NCBI GenBank assembly: GCA_032718475.1
Contig: JAUCBJ010002663.1
Span: 1-42,758, forward strand
Source: Nemertoderma westbladi
Taxonomy: Eukaryota; Animalia; Xenacoelomorpha
Direction of reading: 5' to 3'
DNA: 42,758 bases
The position numbers were made by a program, and so were the translations under genes. Positions 21,484 through 34,059 of this stretch are shown here, piece by piece (position 1 is the stretch's first letter; each line of letters opens with the position of its first letter). The notes under the pieces were generated by a model. It was not told the origin of the DNA. It ran no database searches and worked only from the letters and a program-made list of their open reading frames with translations.

Positions 21484-21970
21484 GATCCGAGTGGCTTTGT
21501 TACACGAACGAACGTTAGTGAGTGAGTGATAATAAAGCCACGAGGATCGGAACACTTTAAAGTACTTTGCAACAAGTATGTATGTAGTTTTACTCCAAAA
21601 TTTTAACATTCAGAAATGATTGTATATATATTATAAGTGATAGAAACTGCACAAATTATATTAGTTGCTGTATAAATAAATGTTATAAATAAGTTAGCTT
21701 ATATTTATCGCGGCGTTTGGAGCCATGTTATAATAATATAGCTAGGCCCTACTGGTTATTAATAGCTATACCCCGCCTACCGGTAGGTAATGCAGTAGGC
21801 CTATCTGGCTGTCAGGCAAATTTCCACCTATTGTTTACATGGTATCCAATGACGGCGTTAAGTAATGTCCCCTTAGTGGACATTACTTAACGCCGTCATG
21901 GGTTACCACGTAAAGAATAACACCAAATACGATACTAAATGTGCAGGCTAATGCAATGCTGTAATGTCCT
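21484..21970. repeat. Copy 1 of a ~490-bp direct repeat containing a long palindrome
   Basis: Aligns with 34841-35345 from GATCCGAGTGGCTTTG to AATGCTGTAATGTCCT. Confidence 0.9.
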
Positions 21971-21989
21971 CTAAAGTTGTAAAGTGCTA

Positions 21990-22130
21990 AATAACAACTC
22001 GCTAGAGGGAGCCCAACGGCTCCTCAGCTCATTTGAAAGTCTTTGAAAGGACTTTGAGGACTTTGAAAGTCCTCAACAAGTCTCTGACCGGATGAGCATA
22101 AGCTCAAAGGATGGATCTGGAAGTCAGGTG
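21990..22130 (+). pseudogene. RTE-like LINE relic, left part (split by BEL element 2)
   Basis: Translates NNSLEGAQRLLSSFES, resembling the segment after the RT YADD motif; joins the 33290+ relic across the TSD. Confidence 0.5.
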
Positions 22131-22700
22131 TGTGACGAGATCAGTGGATCCCGACCGGTTTTTAGTTTATCTACGTGTCCCCGCTGTGAGTGAAAAGGGT
22201 TAGTTGTCGTTCCGATGTTATTGATGGATATAAAATATAGTATCGAGTAAAGGAATAAACAGATAGCACAGTTGAAGTATGAGTAGACTGAATATATGAT
22301 TGGTAACGGTGGTGACAGTGATAAAGTGTTACCGTACTGCCCTAACTGACTGATTAAACTAACTGAGTAAACTGAATATATGATTGAAACACCAACCGGT
22401 AATATACTACACTACGTTGACCTGTTACTTAGCCGATGCCTTGCTGTCCCCCCATTGGTTGATAACCTAATTCTCGCCCTCAACTCTGTGGGAGTGTTTC
22501 CCCCCCACTGCTGTTACTTTCCCCTCCCGGAGGTTTAACCTCTAACCTCTCTCTGTGTGCGGCCCTTTGGGGTTTGTCGTCCCCGTTTATTGGGGGTGAC
22601 ACAAGGTTAATTGGCAATCAACCTCGTGCTTCCCAATATTGCTTAAAGGTGCCGTTTTCCCAACTTTATGAGGTGGTTAGCGGAATTGAATCCGCTAACA
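22131..22700 (-). repeat. 3' LTR of BEL element 2 (570 bp)
   Basis: About 17 substitutions (manual count) and a C7 vs C20 tract relative to the 5' LTR. Confidence 0.96.
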
Positions 22701-22737
22701 CTCCCCCCATGCTATCTTCCCGGTGAGAAGATAGCAT
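22701..22737 (-). promoter_or_regulatory. Polypurine tract and 11-bp hairpin of BEL element 2
   Basis: Minus strand reads ATGCTATCTTC-TCACCGG-GAAGATAGCAT-GGGGGGAG then TGTTAG; stem identical to element 1, loop differs by one base. Confidence 0.85.
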
Positions 22738-23339
22738 CCACCTCAAGTGCGCTTCAATTCCGCTGGATCCCGATCTACTATCGGGTGTGGGGTGGAGTTA
22801 TTTTTCTCGGAGCCGGCTTTCCAGGCCGCTCCCTCTGGGTATGATATTTTTCATTACCCTCTCCTGGTGCAGCCCTTATCTATGCTGCACCAAGACGTCT
22901 GGCGTCTCTGCTTGAGACAATTGTGCATTCCTCTCACACAATTTTTAACTCTCCTTACTACTCAACTTTAACTCCTCTCTACTCCATCTTACTCGCTCCC
23001 CACACCCGAATCGCACTCCTCTCACTTTCCCTCATCCTGTCAAAACCTCCTCTCCATTCTTCCCCCCGATTCCCCTTCTCGCTTTCATCCCTTGCACACT
23101 TATCGGGCCCCACACATGAGCGCTCATGTTGGTGGGAGCCATCCAAGTCCCATTCTGTCACCCTAGTCAATTAATCCCCAGTCCCAGTAGCTAATTGGAA
23201 AAGGCTGTACTTGACTACGGTACATACTGTATGAGTGTATAATATATATACGAATTATTATATAATTATTATAGGATTATAATTGTTATTATATATATTA
23301 TATTATGTGCTCGTCTACATAACGCGTTTCATTCCTACT

Positions 23340-23547
23340 ACTCACTACTCTCTCTCCACCTTTCTCGCCTGGCGACTTCTTCCAGTCGCTTCCCTTCAAG
23401 TCTCTCCGCTTCCAACTTCTGCTACCTCTGTTATGTGTATCCACCTCCCTGTCTACTAGATGCCGGCTGTTCTATTACACCGACTCGCCCTTCAGCCCCG
23501 GGTGGTCTACCAGACCTTCGAAGGCCCCCTTGAAGGCTCTTCTGTAG
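23340..23547 (-). pseudogene. About 200-bp relic of the exonuclease ORF
   Basis: Aligns with about 4370-4570 (YRRAFK.AF.GLVDHPGLKGESV); contains stops (TAA TAG). Confidence 0.85.
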
Positions 23548-23789
23548 TTTGGGGGTGGTCCTAATATTCTTAAATTTTACTTGTTTTATCTACATTTGCC
23601 CCTATCCTGTGCTGTCGTTTTGTACTTACCTCTCTACTTACTTCTCACTACATAACTCTCTTGCTAACTTCTTACTAACTATTAACTTCACTAATTCTAC
23701 TAACTCAAACTCTACTAACTCTCTAATTCTACTAACTCAAACTCTACTAACTCTCTAATTCTACTAACTCAAACTAACTCTCTACCTCT

Positions 23790-23985
23790 AACGGTACTAT
23801 GTACCCTCTTACTCCCGTGGTATGTCTCTATACCACACTCCCTATGCTTCTACTCTAACGGTACTACGTACCCTCTTACTCCTGTGGTATGTTGTCTCTA
23901 TACCACACTCCCTGTGCTTCTACTCTAGCGGTACTACGTACCCTCTTACTCCCGTGGTATGTCGTCTCTATACCACACTCCCTGA
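23790..23985 (-). repeat. Three 67-70-bp tandem units carrying the GGTACGTAGTACC hairpin
   Basis: Units start at 23791, 23858 and 23928; each also has a GTGGTAT...ATACCAC hairpin. Confidence 0.9.
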
Positions 23986-26900
23986 TCTCTAACTAACTTC
24001 CTCTTACTTCTTACTACTTACTAACTTCTTACTACTACTGACTTCTTATTAACTACTACTAACACTCTAGCTAACTTCTACTAACTCTTACAAACACACT
24101 AACTAGCTCCTCTAACGGTATTATACATACTCTCTTACTACTAACTAACTCCTCTAGCGGTACTACGTACCCTCCTACTACTCCTACTAGCTCTCTAACA
24201 AACTTCTATCTGCCTACTTACTTACTACGTACTTGCTATGTACTATTACTTTCCTTTCTCTTATTTTCTTTCTCTATTATTTTTATTATTTTTATTTTAT
24301 TTTATGTGTGGGAAGGGCGTCTCGCCCACAATCCCACCCCCCTTAGTCCAATATTTGGACGACTAAACACTACGGTGCGCCTTCTAGTAGGCAACACTTT
24401 CCTAGAGCCCTCCTGTAGGTCTTCCTATCTTTCGCTCCTATCTTGCCACCTATCCACACTTCTACCGATCGGACTCTTCCGTCCTCGTCGGAGTAAGTGC
24501 CCACAACTCTCGCCAATCTCCATTGGTTGTTGATGATGGTGTCGTCCGTGATGATCACCAGATCACCCTCCTTCAACTCCCAAGTGGTATTTCTCCACTT
24601 GCTCCTCCTATGAAGAGTGGGTAGATATTCCTCGACCCACCTCTTCCAGTACTCCGCGCTTATCGCCTTAGCGACTTTCCAACTCTGTCGGGAGTGTATA
24701 TCATCTGGGTCTACACCCCGCATGTTGATGGTCGCCGGCCTCTCCATTAGAAAGTGACTGGGCGTCAGCACATCTAATGACTCTGGGTGATCATTTTCTG
24801 GATATAGCCGTCTGCTATTAATGATACCCTCGCACTTTGCCAGTACCGTCCTTAGTACATCTTCTGTTACCATGTGGGTGTTCATCAACTTCGTCATCAG
24901 ACGCTTGGAACTACCCACGAGTCTCTCGACGCATCCTAGGGTATGCGGAGCATACGGGGTCCTCCTCTCCCACTTCACCTGTCATCTTCTCATGGCTGCC
25001 CTGACTTCCTCCCCTTCCAGGATGTCCAAGGCCTCTGCCAGCTCGTTCTCCGCCCCCACAAAGTTGGTTCCGTTGTCGGAGTATATTACTGCGAATGTCC
25101 CACCTTTGCGGTCTCTGAACCTCTCTAGGGCATTGATGAATGCCGATGCGGTTGCGTCTTGGCGAGTTCTATCCCTACCGCCCGCGTGTTGTTACATACG
25201 AAGATAATGCCATAGCACTTCTCCGTGTGCCGCATCACCTTGATTTTTATCGGCCCGAACATATCCACACCGCAGTGCGTGAATGGCGGGTCGTGCTGTC
25301 TCACCCTACTGGCCGGTAGTGGCGCCATCTCCTGTATGGCCCACTCCTTCTTCGTCCGTCAGCAGGTCTGGCACTGCCCCACTACCGCCTTTACCTACTT
25401 CCTTAACTGTTTGACCCAAAAGGTCCTTCGTATCTCCGTGAGGGTTCGGTTGGTGCCCCCGTGCAATATCGACTTGTGGGAGTCCCAAATGATCTGGTGC
25501 ACTATCGGCGATCTATTAGGGATGATGATGGGTTTCGGCGGAATAATGATGCTGTTGTTATTTAGCACTCTGGAATTCATTACTAAGATCCCATCGTCAT
25601 TGAGTTGTGGCGACAACGCGATCAGCTCACTGTCCCGTCGGAGATGCTGCTGTTTACCGACACGTTCCACCTCGTCGCCGTAGTTCTTTCTCTGTTCGTA
25701 ACGGATGACAGCCTTGGCCGCTCCCTCCAGATCGATGTTTGGTTTATTTTTTGTGTCTTTGCCGACTCCCTTGAGGAAATCCCCGAAGGCTCTCCAATAC
25801 GCCACTAACTTCTTGGTCTTGTACCAACTTGAGCTGTAGCTGAGGAGTTTGTCCGTCGGGTTGTCGCCTGGTTCTTCTAATTTTGGTTGCACCTCTCTGA
25901 TCTCCCTCGCCATCTGACTATACATCCCCTCACCCTCTGAGTCTTCTCCCTCTTCCTCTACTGGTATTTCCTCTGAGCCCGGGTCCACCTTCTTCATCGG
26001 TGGCCAGGCCGTCCTATTGTTCAGGAACTGTGGTCCGTGCTGCCACAATACTTCCTTCTTTAAGAAAGTGTGGCGTGCCACGCCCCTCGATAACAAGTCC
26101 GCTGGGTTCTCGTCCGTTGGGCAGTAGTGCCACCTTTCCAACTCCGTCGTCGCCCTTATTTCGTCCACCCTGTTTGCGACGAATATAGGGCATCTCGTCT
26201 TCTCATTGTGTAGCCAACCAAGCACTACCATGGAGTCCGTCCAGTAGTGTTGGGAATAGTGTCCATCAAGTAGGCTGTGGCCCTTACTCCTAACCTCGCT
26301 GCTGTCAACTCGAGTTTCGGGACCGATGCTGAATCTGGCGGCGTCGACTTTGCTTTGCTGAATGCAAGTCTTGGCTTATGAGCCCCCTCTCGTTGTACTA
26401 GGTAGAGTGCTGCTCCGTATGCTTCCAATGATGCATCGGAGAACATGTGTAGGTCCAGATTCGTCATGTCCCCATCCGGGAAATACACGCATGGCATGCT
26501 GTATGTCCCCATCCGTTCTAAACTCTCAGTCCACTTGCTCCACTGCTTGCTGATCTCTCCCGGGACCTCTGTATCCCACTCGTCCTTTAGCTTATATACT
26601 TTCTTAAGTATTTGTCTCCCCGTGACTAATAATGGGCATGCTAGGCCTAGGGGATCGATAATCCTCGCTATGTATGATACATAGCCCCTCTTTGTGTGGA
26701 TGTTCGCGCCCTCCTGGGTCAGCTGGTACTTGAACTCGTCTGTCTCTCGGTTCCACACGATCCCTAGTGCCTTCTGTTGGGACTCTACCCTCTTGTTCAC
26801 CATGTCCTTTCCCTTGGCTGTCGTGGGATTATCCATCGTTGATTCTGGCCTCCTGTCCTCTATGGCTCTCATAAACTCTTCCGAGCTGGACTGGAACTTG

Positions 26901-29900
26901 GTCAGGTTAAACCCGGATCCTTTCAGGATGTCGCGAACCTCGCGCCCTGTATCCAGTAGTTCTTTAACCGTGTTTCCAGACTCTATCCCGTCATCTACAT
27001 AGAAGCCGCCTCGAATCATATCGACAGCTTTGGCGCTGTATCTCTCCTCTTTCCCCTCTACTGTATCTCTCACAGCCACAGTTGTCGTAAATGAGGACGA
27101 CTTGGCCCCCATATTCTGCACCACCATCTTGTACATCGGTATTGTCGAACGTTCCTCGTCGCCGTTGTACCATAGGAAGCGCTGGCTGTCACTATCCTCC
27201 TACGTTACACGGACTTGGTTGAACATGCCTTCAATGTCGCATGTGAAGGCGTGTTTCCCGTTTCTGAATCTGAGCGCAATCTGTCACCCGATCCCTGAGT
27301 TGTAGATATTGGGACCCTCTAACAGATAATCGTTTAGGCATTTGCCGTTGGTCTTAGCCGATGCATCAACTACCATCCGCAGTTTACCTTTCTTCGGATC
27401 TAGAGCCACGTGAAGTGGTAGGTAGTAGGTCCTGTCCGTGTTCAGTTCGTCGACCGGTAACTCCACGGCCCATCCTTTCTCGACATACTTCCTAATCGTC
27501 TTATGAATGTACTCATTCTTTTCGGGGCTCCGTTTTAGCGTTTGCTTCAACTTGCGAAGCCTCGTGAGTACCATTCTTTTCTTGTCGGGTAGCGGTAGTT
27601 TTGGCTGTTTCCATACCATCCCTATGGTATACCGCCCCTCTTCGCATGTCATCGACTCCTTTACGCTTTGTAAAGCCTGCTTATCTTCTACCGAGGTTCC
27701 GACCCCGGTCTCTTTCAATCCCTCAAAATCCTGTCTAAGCAGTCTCCTAAGCTGCTCCTCCGCTCCTTCGTCTTCCATCTCCCGCATAGTTCCCGCGAAC
27801 ATGCACCCGGATGTCTCCGACATCCTAAACGGTAACTTGGTTTTGATTGGGCCACTTAGCGTCCACCTGAATGGTGTTAAGATTGCCACCGGGTCACGCT
27901 GTTTGTCTTCACCGAAGACCGTCTGCATTCTCCCGTGGGCGGTCGGGCAGTCCATTCCCACTATAATGGATACCTTCCCGACATCCACCTCTGGTATTGA
28001 GAAATCGATGCTATCCAGGAATTTGTATTGTTCGACCTCGATGTTGGTTGGTCGCCTGGCGTTAATATTTATCGATTCTATCACCTGGATGGGGTCGATG
28101 GTCGCCCCATAATCGCATCCCGGTGCTATCGCTGCTATCCCGCACCGTCCAGTTCTCATCTCCAGGACCTCATCTTTGCTGGAGATGGTTGTTACCGCCA
28201 TCCTACTTGGCCTCGTCCTTAGTCCTATCTCCTCGGCCACCCAATTCTCGACCAATGTGAAGGCTGCTCCACTGTCGACCAGCATCAGCGTAGTTACTGA
28301 TAGACCGCCTTCTCTGATCACCCTCACTGGTACTACCCTGAGTAGTACCGTTCCTCTCTTCTTCGCCCCTACGGTGCTTGTCGCCATTGTCTGTCCTTTG
28401 CCTTGACCGAACTTAATCGGTGTCTCCTTACACTCTTCAACCTTGTGTCCTCCTACCACGCATCGGTGACAGATTGCATTCTTATCCGCATAGGTTTTCC
28501 GATCTTGTTCGGGTAACGCCTGCCAATGCTTACAGTCCATGGTCTTATGGGTTCCGTCTTTGTGCAATTGACATTCGTATCCCGGGTTGTAATGTTCCCT
28601 ATACAGCCCTACACGTATTGCGCGTAGGTTCATGTCTACCGATTTAGCGTTTTGGTTATTTGGGTTTGGCCTACTGGGCATCTTGGGATTATGTTTGTTC
28701 GTGTTGTTATTTTGTCCCTGTTCATGCCACGGTCTGGCCCCACTCCCAGCTATCTGTGGACTGGCAGTCCCCTGTGTCGCCGTGTATGGTAGGGATTGTC
28801 TTAGTTTTGGTAATGCGTTTGCCGCATTGTGCTCTGGTTTTGGCCTGTTGTATTCGGCCCTCGGCACATTTCCCAGACTATCCTCGCTATAGACTGGGTC
28901 CGTGATCAACTCAGCTTCGTAGTTGTGGAAGTTCGACATTTCCTCTAGGCCTGGTTCCGCACCCTTCTTCTCTCGGGTGGAGAAAGCGATTTTCCTCCAC
29001 TTATTGCGCAGCCAGATCGGCAGTGCCTGCGCTATCGTGGTGATATTATTAGATGCGTTGAGTTTGTATGGCGCGTCTAACGTCTTCAACACAATTAATG
29101 CCTTCTCGACTTTGTTCGCAAATGTCTTTATGCTAACGGGGTTATCCTGTAGGCCACCCGATGTTATACCCCTCAGGGTCTGCCGGATGATCTTGGCCGG
29201 GTGCCCGTTCTCCCTGTCTAGCGCCCGCCAAGCTGTCGTGAAGCCGCCCTCGATGCCCTGGTATTGCCTCACGATGTCGTATGCTGGGCCTCCTGTATGC
29301 GTCAGGTTCTTAGTCAGTATTTCATTGCTATACATGCGGCCTACTTCCATCGAACTTAAATGGTTCTACGGGTGGTAACTCGATCCTGGTTTTTAATGCA
29401 TCGATCAATGTAGCCATTCCCATCGCTTGTGCTTCTAATGGGTTCGATGGATGTTGTATAGATTCTCCTGTTGGGTGCGGTCCGCCCGTCCTATCTGCTG
29501 CCTTTCTCTGCGTCGGATATATCATTGGGGGTAGCGGCCCCCTCCATATTTCGGTGTCGCACGATCTGTTCTCGTCCAGGGGGTTCGATGTTCTTATTCC
29601 TACTGGGGTATATTGTTGATATTGTGATGGGGGAATGTCACCCTGCCCCCCCCCCCCCCCCCCCCCCCACCGGTATGTTCGGTACTGGGGTTGATGTTAA
29701 TATGTTGGGGCCCATGCACCTATCCGCAATAACTCTTCCCTCCCCTGGATATATGTTATGTCCCTGTGTGCTATAGTCATACTGCTGTGCTGGTACCGGT
29801 ATAGGCCTATCCACTTCTGGCCTACCTACCGGTATGTACTCCGCGACTTCCGGGTTTAATCCCATTGTCCGCGCTGCCCTATCGCCTACATTATCTCTCC

Positions 29901-30589
29901 CAGCATGGCCTATAGTATGTGCAGTAAGGCCTACAGTATGTCCTGCAGTCTGTATGTGTCGCTCGGGATCGAAGTTTAACCTTCTCGAATAATCCTCCCC
30001 GCGGCTACCGTATTCTCGATCGGTAGGTATATCCCATCGGGAAGTTTCTCTTCGATCCCCTCTCCTGTTCTCGCCCTCGTACCGGTACACCCTGTACCCC
30101 TCTCTCGGCGCGTAGTATGCCTTGTCAGATCGTGTCTCCCCGGGACGACGGCAAGCTCCCGGAGTTCGACCCCACCGACTCTCCGTTTCCATCTCTACTA
30201 CCGACGGCTCGCTATCCGTCCTCGCTCTCCTGTCGTTCGCGACGACACTTCTTCTACTCTCTTCCCTTCTTCTCTCTGCAGTGCAGTATCCCCGTTCGTG
30301 AGATCTCTCATCGACCTCCCGGTTAAACTCCACTGTTCTTCTTCCCTCTTCTGATTGGGCTAGACTTCTCGTCACTCGCCCTCTCGCGACGTTAACCTCT
30401 CTCTCTCTACTCGGTCGCAGGCCGCTGGGGATACTCGTAATCCCCCTACTATTCTCCATCGCCGGGTGCTGCGGTTCACCTGATTCGCCCCGCGCATTAT
30501 CCGCCGACGCCTGTGGGACACTCTCTGCCCCCCCCCCCCCCCCCCCCCCTCTGCGGCTGGGTCTATTCACCCCCGCCTCTCCCTCTACT

Positions 30590-30855
30590 GCTGTGTGGCC
30601 TACCAGGCCCCCCTCGGGTTGACTCAACCCCACCACTCCCTGCATACTGATTACATGGCCTACCAGGCTATCATTCGGGTTTCTCACCCCCGTTGCTCCC
30701 TGCCTACTGACTACGTGGCCTACCAGGCCCTCATTGGGGTTTCTCACCCCCGTTGCTCCCTGCCTACTGACTACGTGGCCTACCAGGCTCTCATTGGGGT
30801 TTCTCACCCCCGTTGCTCCCTGCCTACTAACTGCGTGGCCTACCAGGCCCTCATT
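30590..30855 (-). repeat. 60-bp coding tandem repeat (GLVGHVVSRQGATGVRNPNE), about 4.5 units
   Basis: TACCAGGC recurs at 30601, 30661, 30721, 30781 and 30841. Confidence 0.9.
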
Positions 30856-31534
30856 TGCTGGGCCACCCGCGTCCGCCACGTTTATATTAATAGCACCATT
30901 ATCAATATTATCTTCTAAATCAATTAAATTATTTTGCACACCTTAATTAGAAACGGGATTATTTTGGTCGTTCGAATTAAGATTGTTTGAATTATTTTGT
31001 ATATTCGGGTTTAGATTATTATTTAAATTATTTGGATTATTTTGTAAATTCGAATCTACATTATTTGAATTATTGGGGTTGCTATATACGTTTATGTTAG
31101 AATCGTTTAGATTTAAATTACTACTATCGGGCAAAATATTGTTTCCTGCAATAAAGGTTTGATTAGGGTTATCCACTACGGTACTATTAATATTAACGTT
31201 TTCTACAGTATTATTATTATTAGCCCCCCCCCCCCCCCCCTGCCCGTAAGGTCACACCAGTCTTGGGTCTGTCGTCCAGTCCCTGCAAGTGGGGTATTAA
31301 TAAATGTTTCCATAACTTCTGGCTCCTCGTAAACACTACCCGAGCCAGCCTCGCTCTCTGACAGCCCCATCTGCGCCAGTTCTAGTCAGCGCTTCTGTTT
31401 CGCCTGATACTGCATAAGCCCCCTCAACCGGGCGTGCATGTCATCCCGCACACGTTTTCCCGCTCTGTCCCTCTCTCCATCCTCTTGTAAACTCTGATCG
31501 GCCAACTTTGCCTCCCTCGCAATCCTTTCTTTGC

Positions 31535-31706
31535 ACTCCCTTGTTTCTCTCTCAATTCTCGCTGCCTCTCTCGCCTCTAGCTCTTTGCGCTCCCTTGTTT
31601 CTCTCTCAATTCTCGCTGCCTCTCTCGCCTCTAGCTCTTTGCGCTCCATTGTTTCTCTCTCAATTCTCGCTGCCTCTCTCGCCTCTAGCTCTTTGCGCTC
31701 CCTTGT
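31535..31706 (-). repeat. 54-bp coding tandem repeat (ERKELEAREAARIERETR), about 3 units
   Basis: Visible in ORF 31386..32450 and in the DNA. Confidence 0.88.
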
Positions 31707-32691
31707 ATCTCTCTCCTCACTCTCTCTAAGGTTCCTCGCGACCCTCTCAGCTCTCTCTTTATTCTCTCTCGCCAACTCTCTCTCTCTCTCTAGTAACGCA
31801 CTCCCCTCTTCCAACTGCCTCTCTAATTCTCTCTGGTCCAACGCCACCAGATCGAGCTGACATGCCAGATCTATTTCTAACATCCGTCTTTCTTTCGCGG
31901 AGGATGTAGCGGACTTATCGGTTACGACGGACTCCCGCCGCCTCCCTGTCCTGCTAACTTTCCCCCGCTTTCTGGGGTTCTCGCCGACCGACGAGTTCGA
32001 ATCCTCGGGGTTAACCTCGGATTCGCGCTTGTGCGGTCCCGCCCAACCCACTAACTTAATTCCCATGGCATCCACTAAGTATGGCCCTATGTACACTACA
32101 CCAGGCTCCATACCCCTAGACTGCCACAACTCGAACAGTTCGGTAGCGACCCCTCTCGCTCTTTCACCCGCCAACTCTCCACACCCAAAGCGAACTAGAT
32201 AGTTAAAATGCTTGTTTGACTCACCTAGTCGCTGATCTAGTTTCACCTGGTCCAGTTTTGCTCCCTCCTTAGCTTCCTTTATCTGTTTCCTCGTCGCGTT
32301 GTAGACCCGTCGGAGCCGGTCGCTAACTCCGACGTCCTCGTCACCGACATCCCCTCTTTCTCTCCTCATTCGGCGTCGTACCGGCGGCCCCCACCGTCGC
32401 CGTTCCGGTGGGCCGTCCGTCGCCCTTGGCCTGTGGCTGGTCGGCGACATCGGTACGTCGTGCGCCCTCGTGCATCGACTCTTCCTCCCTCTCTGGTAGA
32501 CGGCCGCCCTCCGCCTGGGCTATCGGGTCGTTCGTAGTCGACGATCCCGGCGTCGTGGGTCGATACCGTCGTGTCGCGGCCTCGCGGATCGTTTCGTTTG
32601 TATCGTCTGGGGTCCGCGGCGGTGTCGTTTCTCCTTCTTGGCTCATCTTTTATCGGTGGCTGGCAGTCACAGTTTTGATAGTAGGGTGGAT

Positions 32692-32706
32692 GGGTAACTT
32701 TATCAC
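32692..32706 (-). promoter_or_regulatory. Primer-binding-site position, non-canonical (GTGATAAAGTTACCC)
   Basis: Directly follows the 5' LTR end, lacks the TGG complementary to tRNA CCA, and is complementary to LTR bases 32894-32903. Confidence 0.6.
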
Positions 32707-33289
32707 TGTGACGGGATCAGTGGATCCCGACCGGTTTTTAGTTTATCTACGCCTCCCCGCCGTGAGTGAAAAGGGTTAGTTGTCGTTCCGATGTTATTGA
32801 TGGATATAAAATATAGTATCGAGTAAATGAATAAACAGATAGCACATTTGAAGTATGAGTAGACTGAATATACGATTGGTACCGGTGGTGACGGTGATAA
32901 AGTGTTACCGTACTGCCCTAACTGACTGACTAAACTAACTGAGTAAACTGAATATATGATTGAAACACCAACCGGTAATATACTACACTACGTTGGCCTG
33001 TTACTTAGCTGATGCCTTGCTGTCCCCCCATTGGTTGATAACCTAATTCTCGCCCTCAATTCTGTGGGAGTGTTTCCCCCCCCCCCCCCCCCCCCACTGC
33101 TGTTACTTTCCCCTCCCGGAGGTTTAACCTCTAACCTCTCTCTGTGTGCGGCCCTTTGGGGTTTGTCGTCCCCGTTTATTAGGGGTGACACGAGGTTAAT
33201 TGGCAATCAACCTCGTGCTTCCCAATATTGCTTAAAGGTGCCGTTTTCCCAACTTTATGGGGTGGTTAGAGGAATTGAATCCGCTAACA
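32707..33289 (-). repeat. 5' LTR of BEL element 2 (583 bp)
   Basis: Direct repeat of 22131-22700 with TG...CA termini. Confidence 0.96.
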
Positions 33290-33660
33290 AGGTGAGGACC
33301 TTCGAATACGTAAGGGAAAGGCATGGGCAGCCTTGAATAGGCTTTCCAGGATTTGGAAGTCACCGAGAATTAATCGGAAACTTAAGGTCCGATTATTTAG
33401 AGCAGCAGTAGTTCCAGTACTCCTCTATGGGAGTCCATGCTGGGCTCTAACTGCTGAGAACACTACATCTCTGGATGGCACATTCACAAGTTTGCTCACG
33501 CCGGGTTCATTGTGTCAAGTACAATGCACACATCTCCAACCAGACACTATATAACATTGGAGGTGTTTCATTAGTTCCCCCAAGCTTGACACTAGAACAA
33601 AGTCGCCTCCGCTTTGCAGGACATTGCTTTCGCCGTGAGGACCAGCCAGAGGACCATACC
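33290..33660 (+). pseudogene. RTE-like LINE relic, right part (RT thumb region)
   Basis: IRKGKAWAALNRLSRIWKS, LKVRLFRAAVVPVLLYGS, RLRFAGHCFR; frameshifted. Confidence 0.8.
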
Positions 33661-34059
33661 TACTCTGGCGCACATGACCCACCATTGGCTTTGCAGCTCA
33701 TCTACAGCTCATCTATCATGTCTCTACATAATAAATAAGATTGCATCATTATGCAATGACTCAGTAATAAATCTAATTGTATTAGATTTTGGTTGGAATA
33801 CTGTTGCAAATGGAATGTTGTTGCCCAATAAATACCTTTCACCAATTCCTGATTCACTAGTAAATACATGTGCCGTGCCTCTCAGAAAGACTGCTTGAAG
33901 CAGCGATGTTCTTGTAGGCGTAACGGTGTTATGTGCACTGAATTGCGATTCTTGTCACAATTTAATGTTAAGAATGTTAAGAATGTTATAATTGTGATTA
34001 ATTTACATAGTGTAAACGGCTAACAGATATTAAAGACACTTTATTAACAATTCTGACGC

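Larger units (their letters stand above)
24370..32646 (-). pseudogene. gag-pol: Disrupted BEL gag-pol polyprotein
   Basis: Fragments in order: coiled-coil/low-complexity N-terminus, Gag core, knuckles (CHRCVVGGHKVEEC), protease LVDSGA, RT (LRMVVDAS, CDIEGMFNQV, FYVDD), RNase H FSDAS..AYG, integrase. Several in-frame stops and frameshifts. Confidence 0.93.
22131..33289 (-). mobile_element. Full-length, decayed BEL/Pao LTR retrotransposon, element 2 (11,159 bp)
   Basis: Two near-identical LTRs, 5-bp TSD AGGTG (22126-22130 and 33290-33294), PPT, and gag-protease-RT-RNase H-integrase order. Confidence 0.97.
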
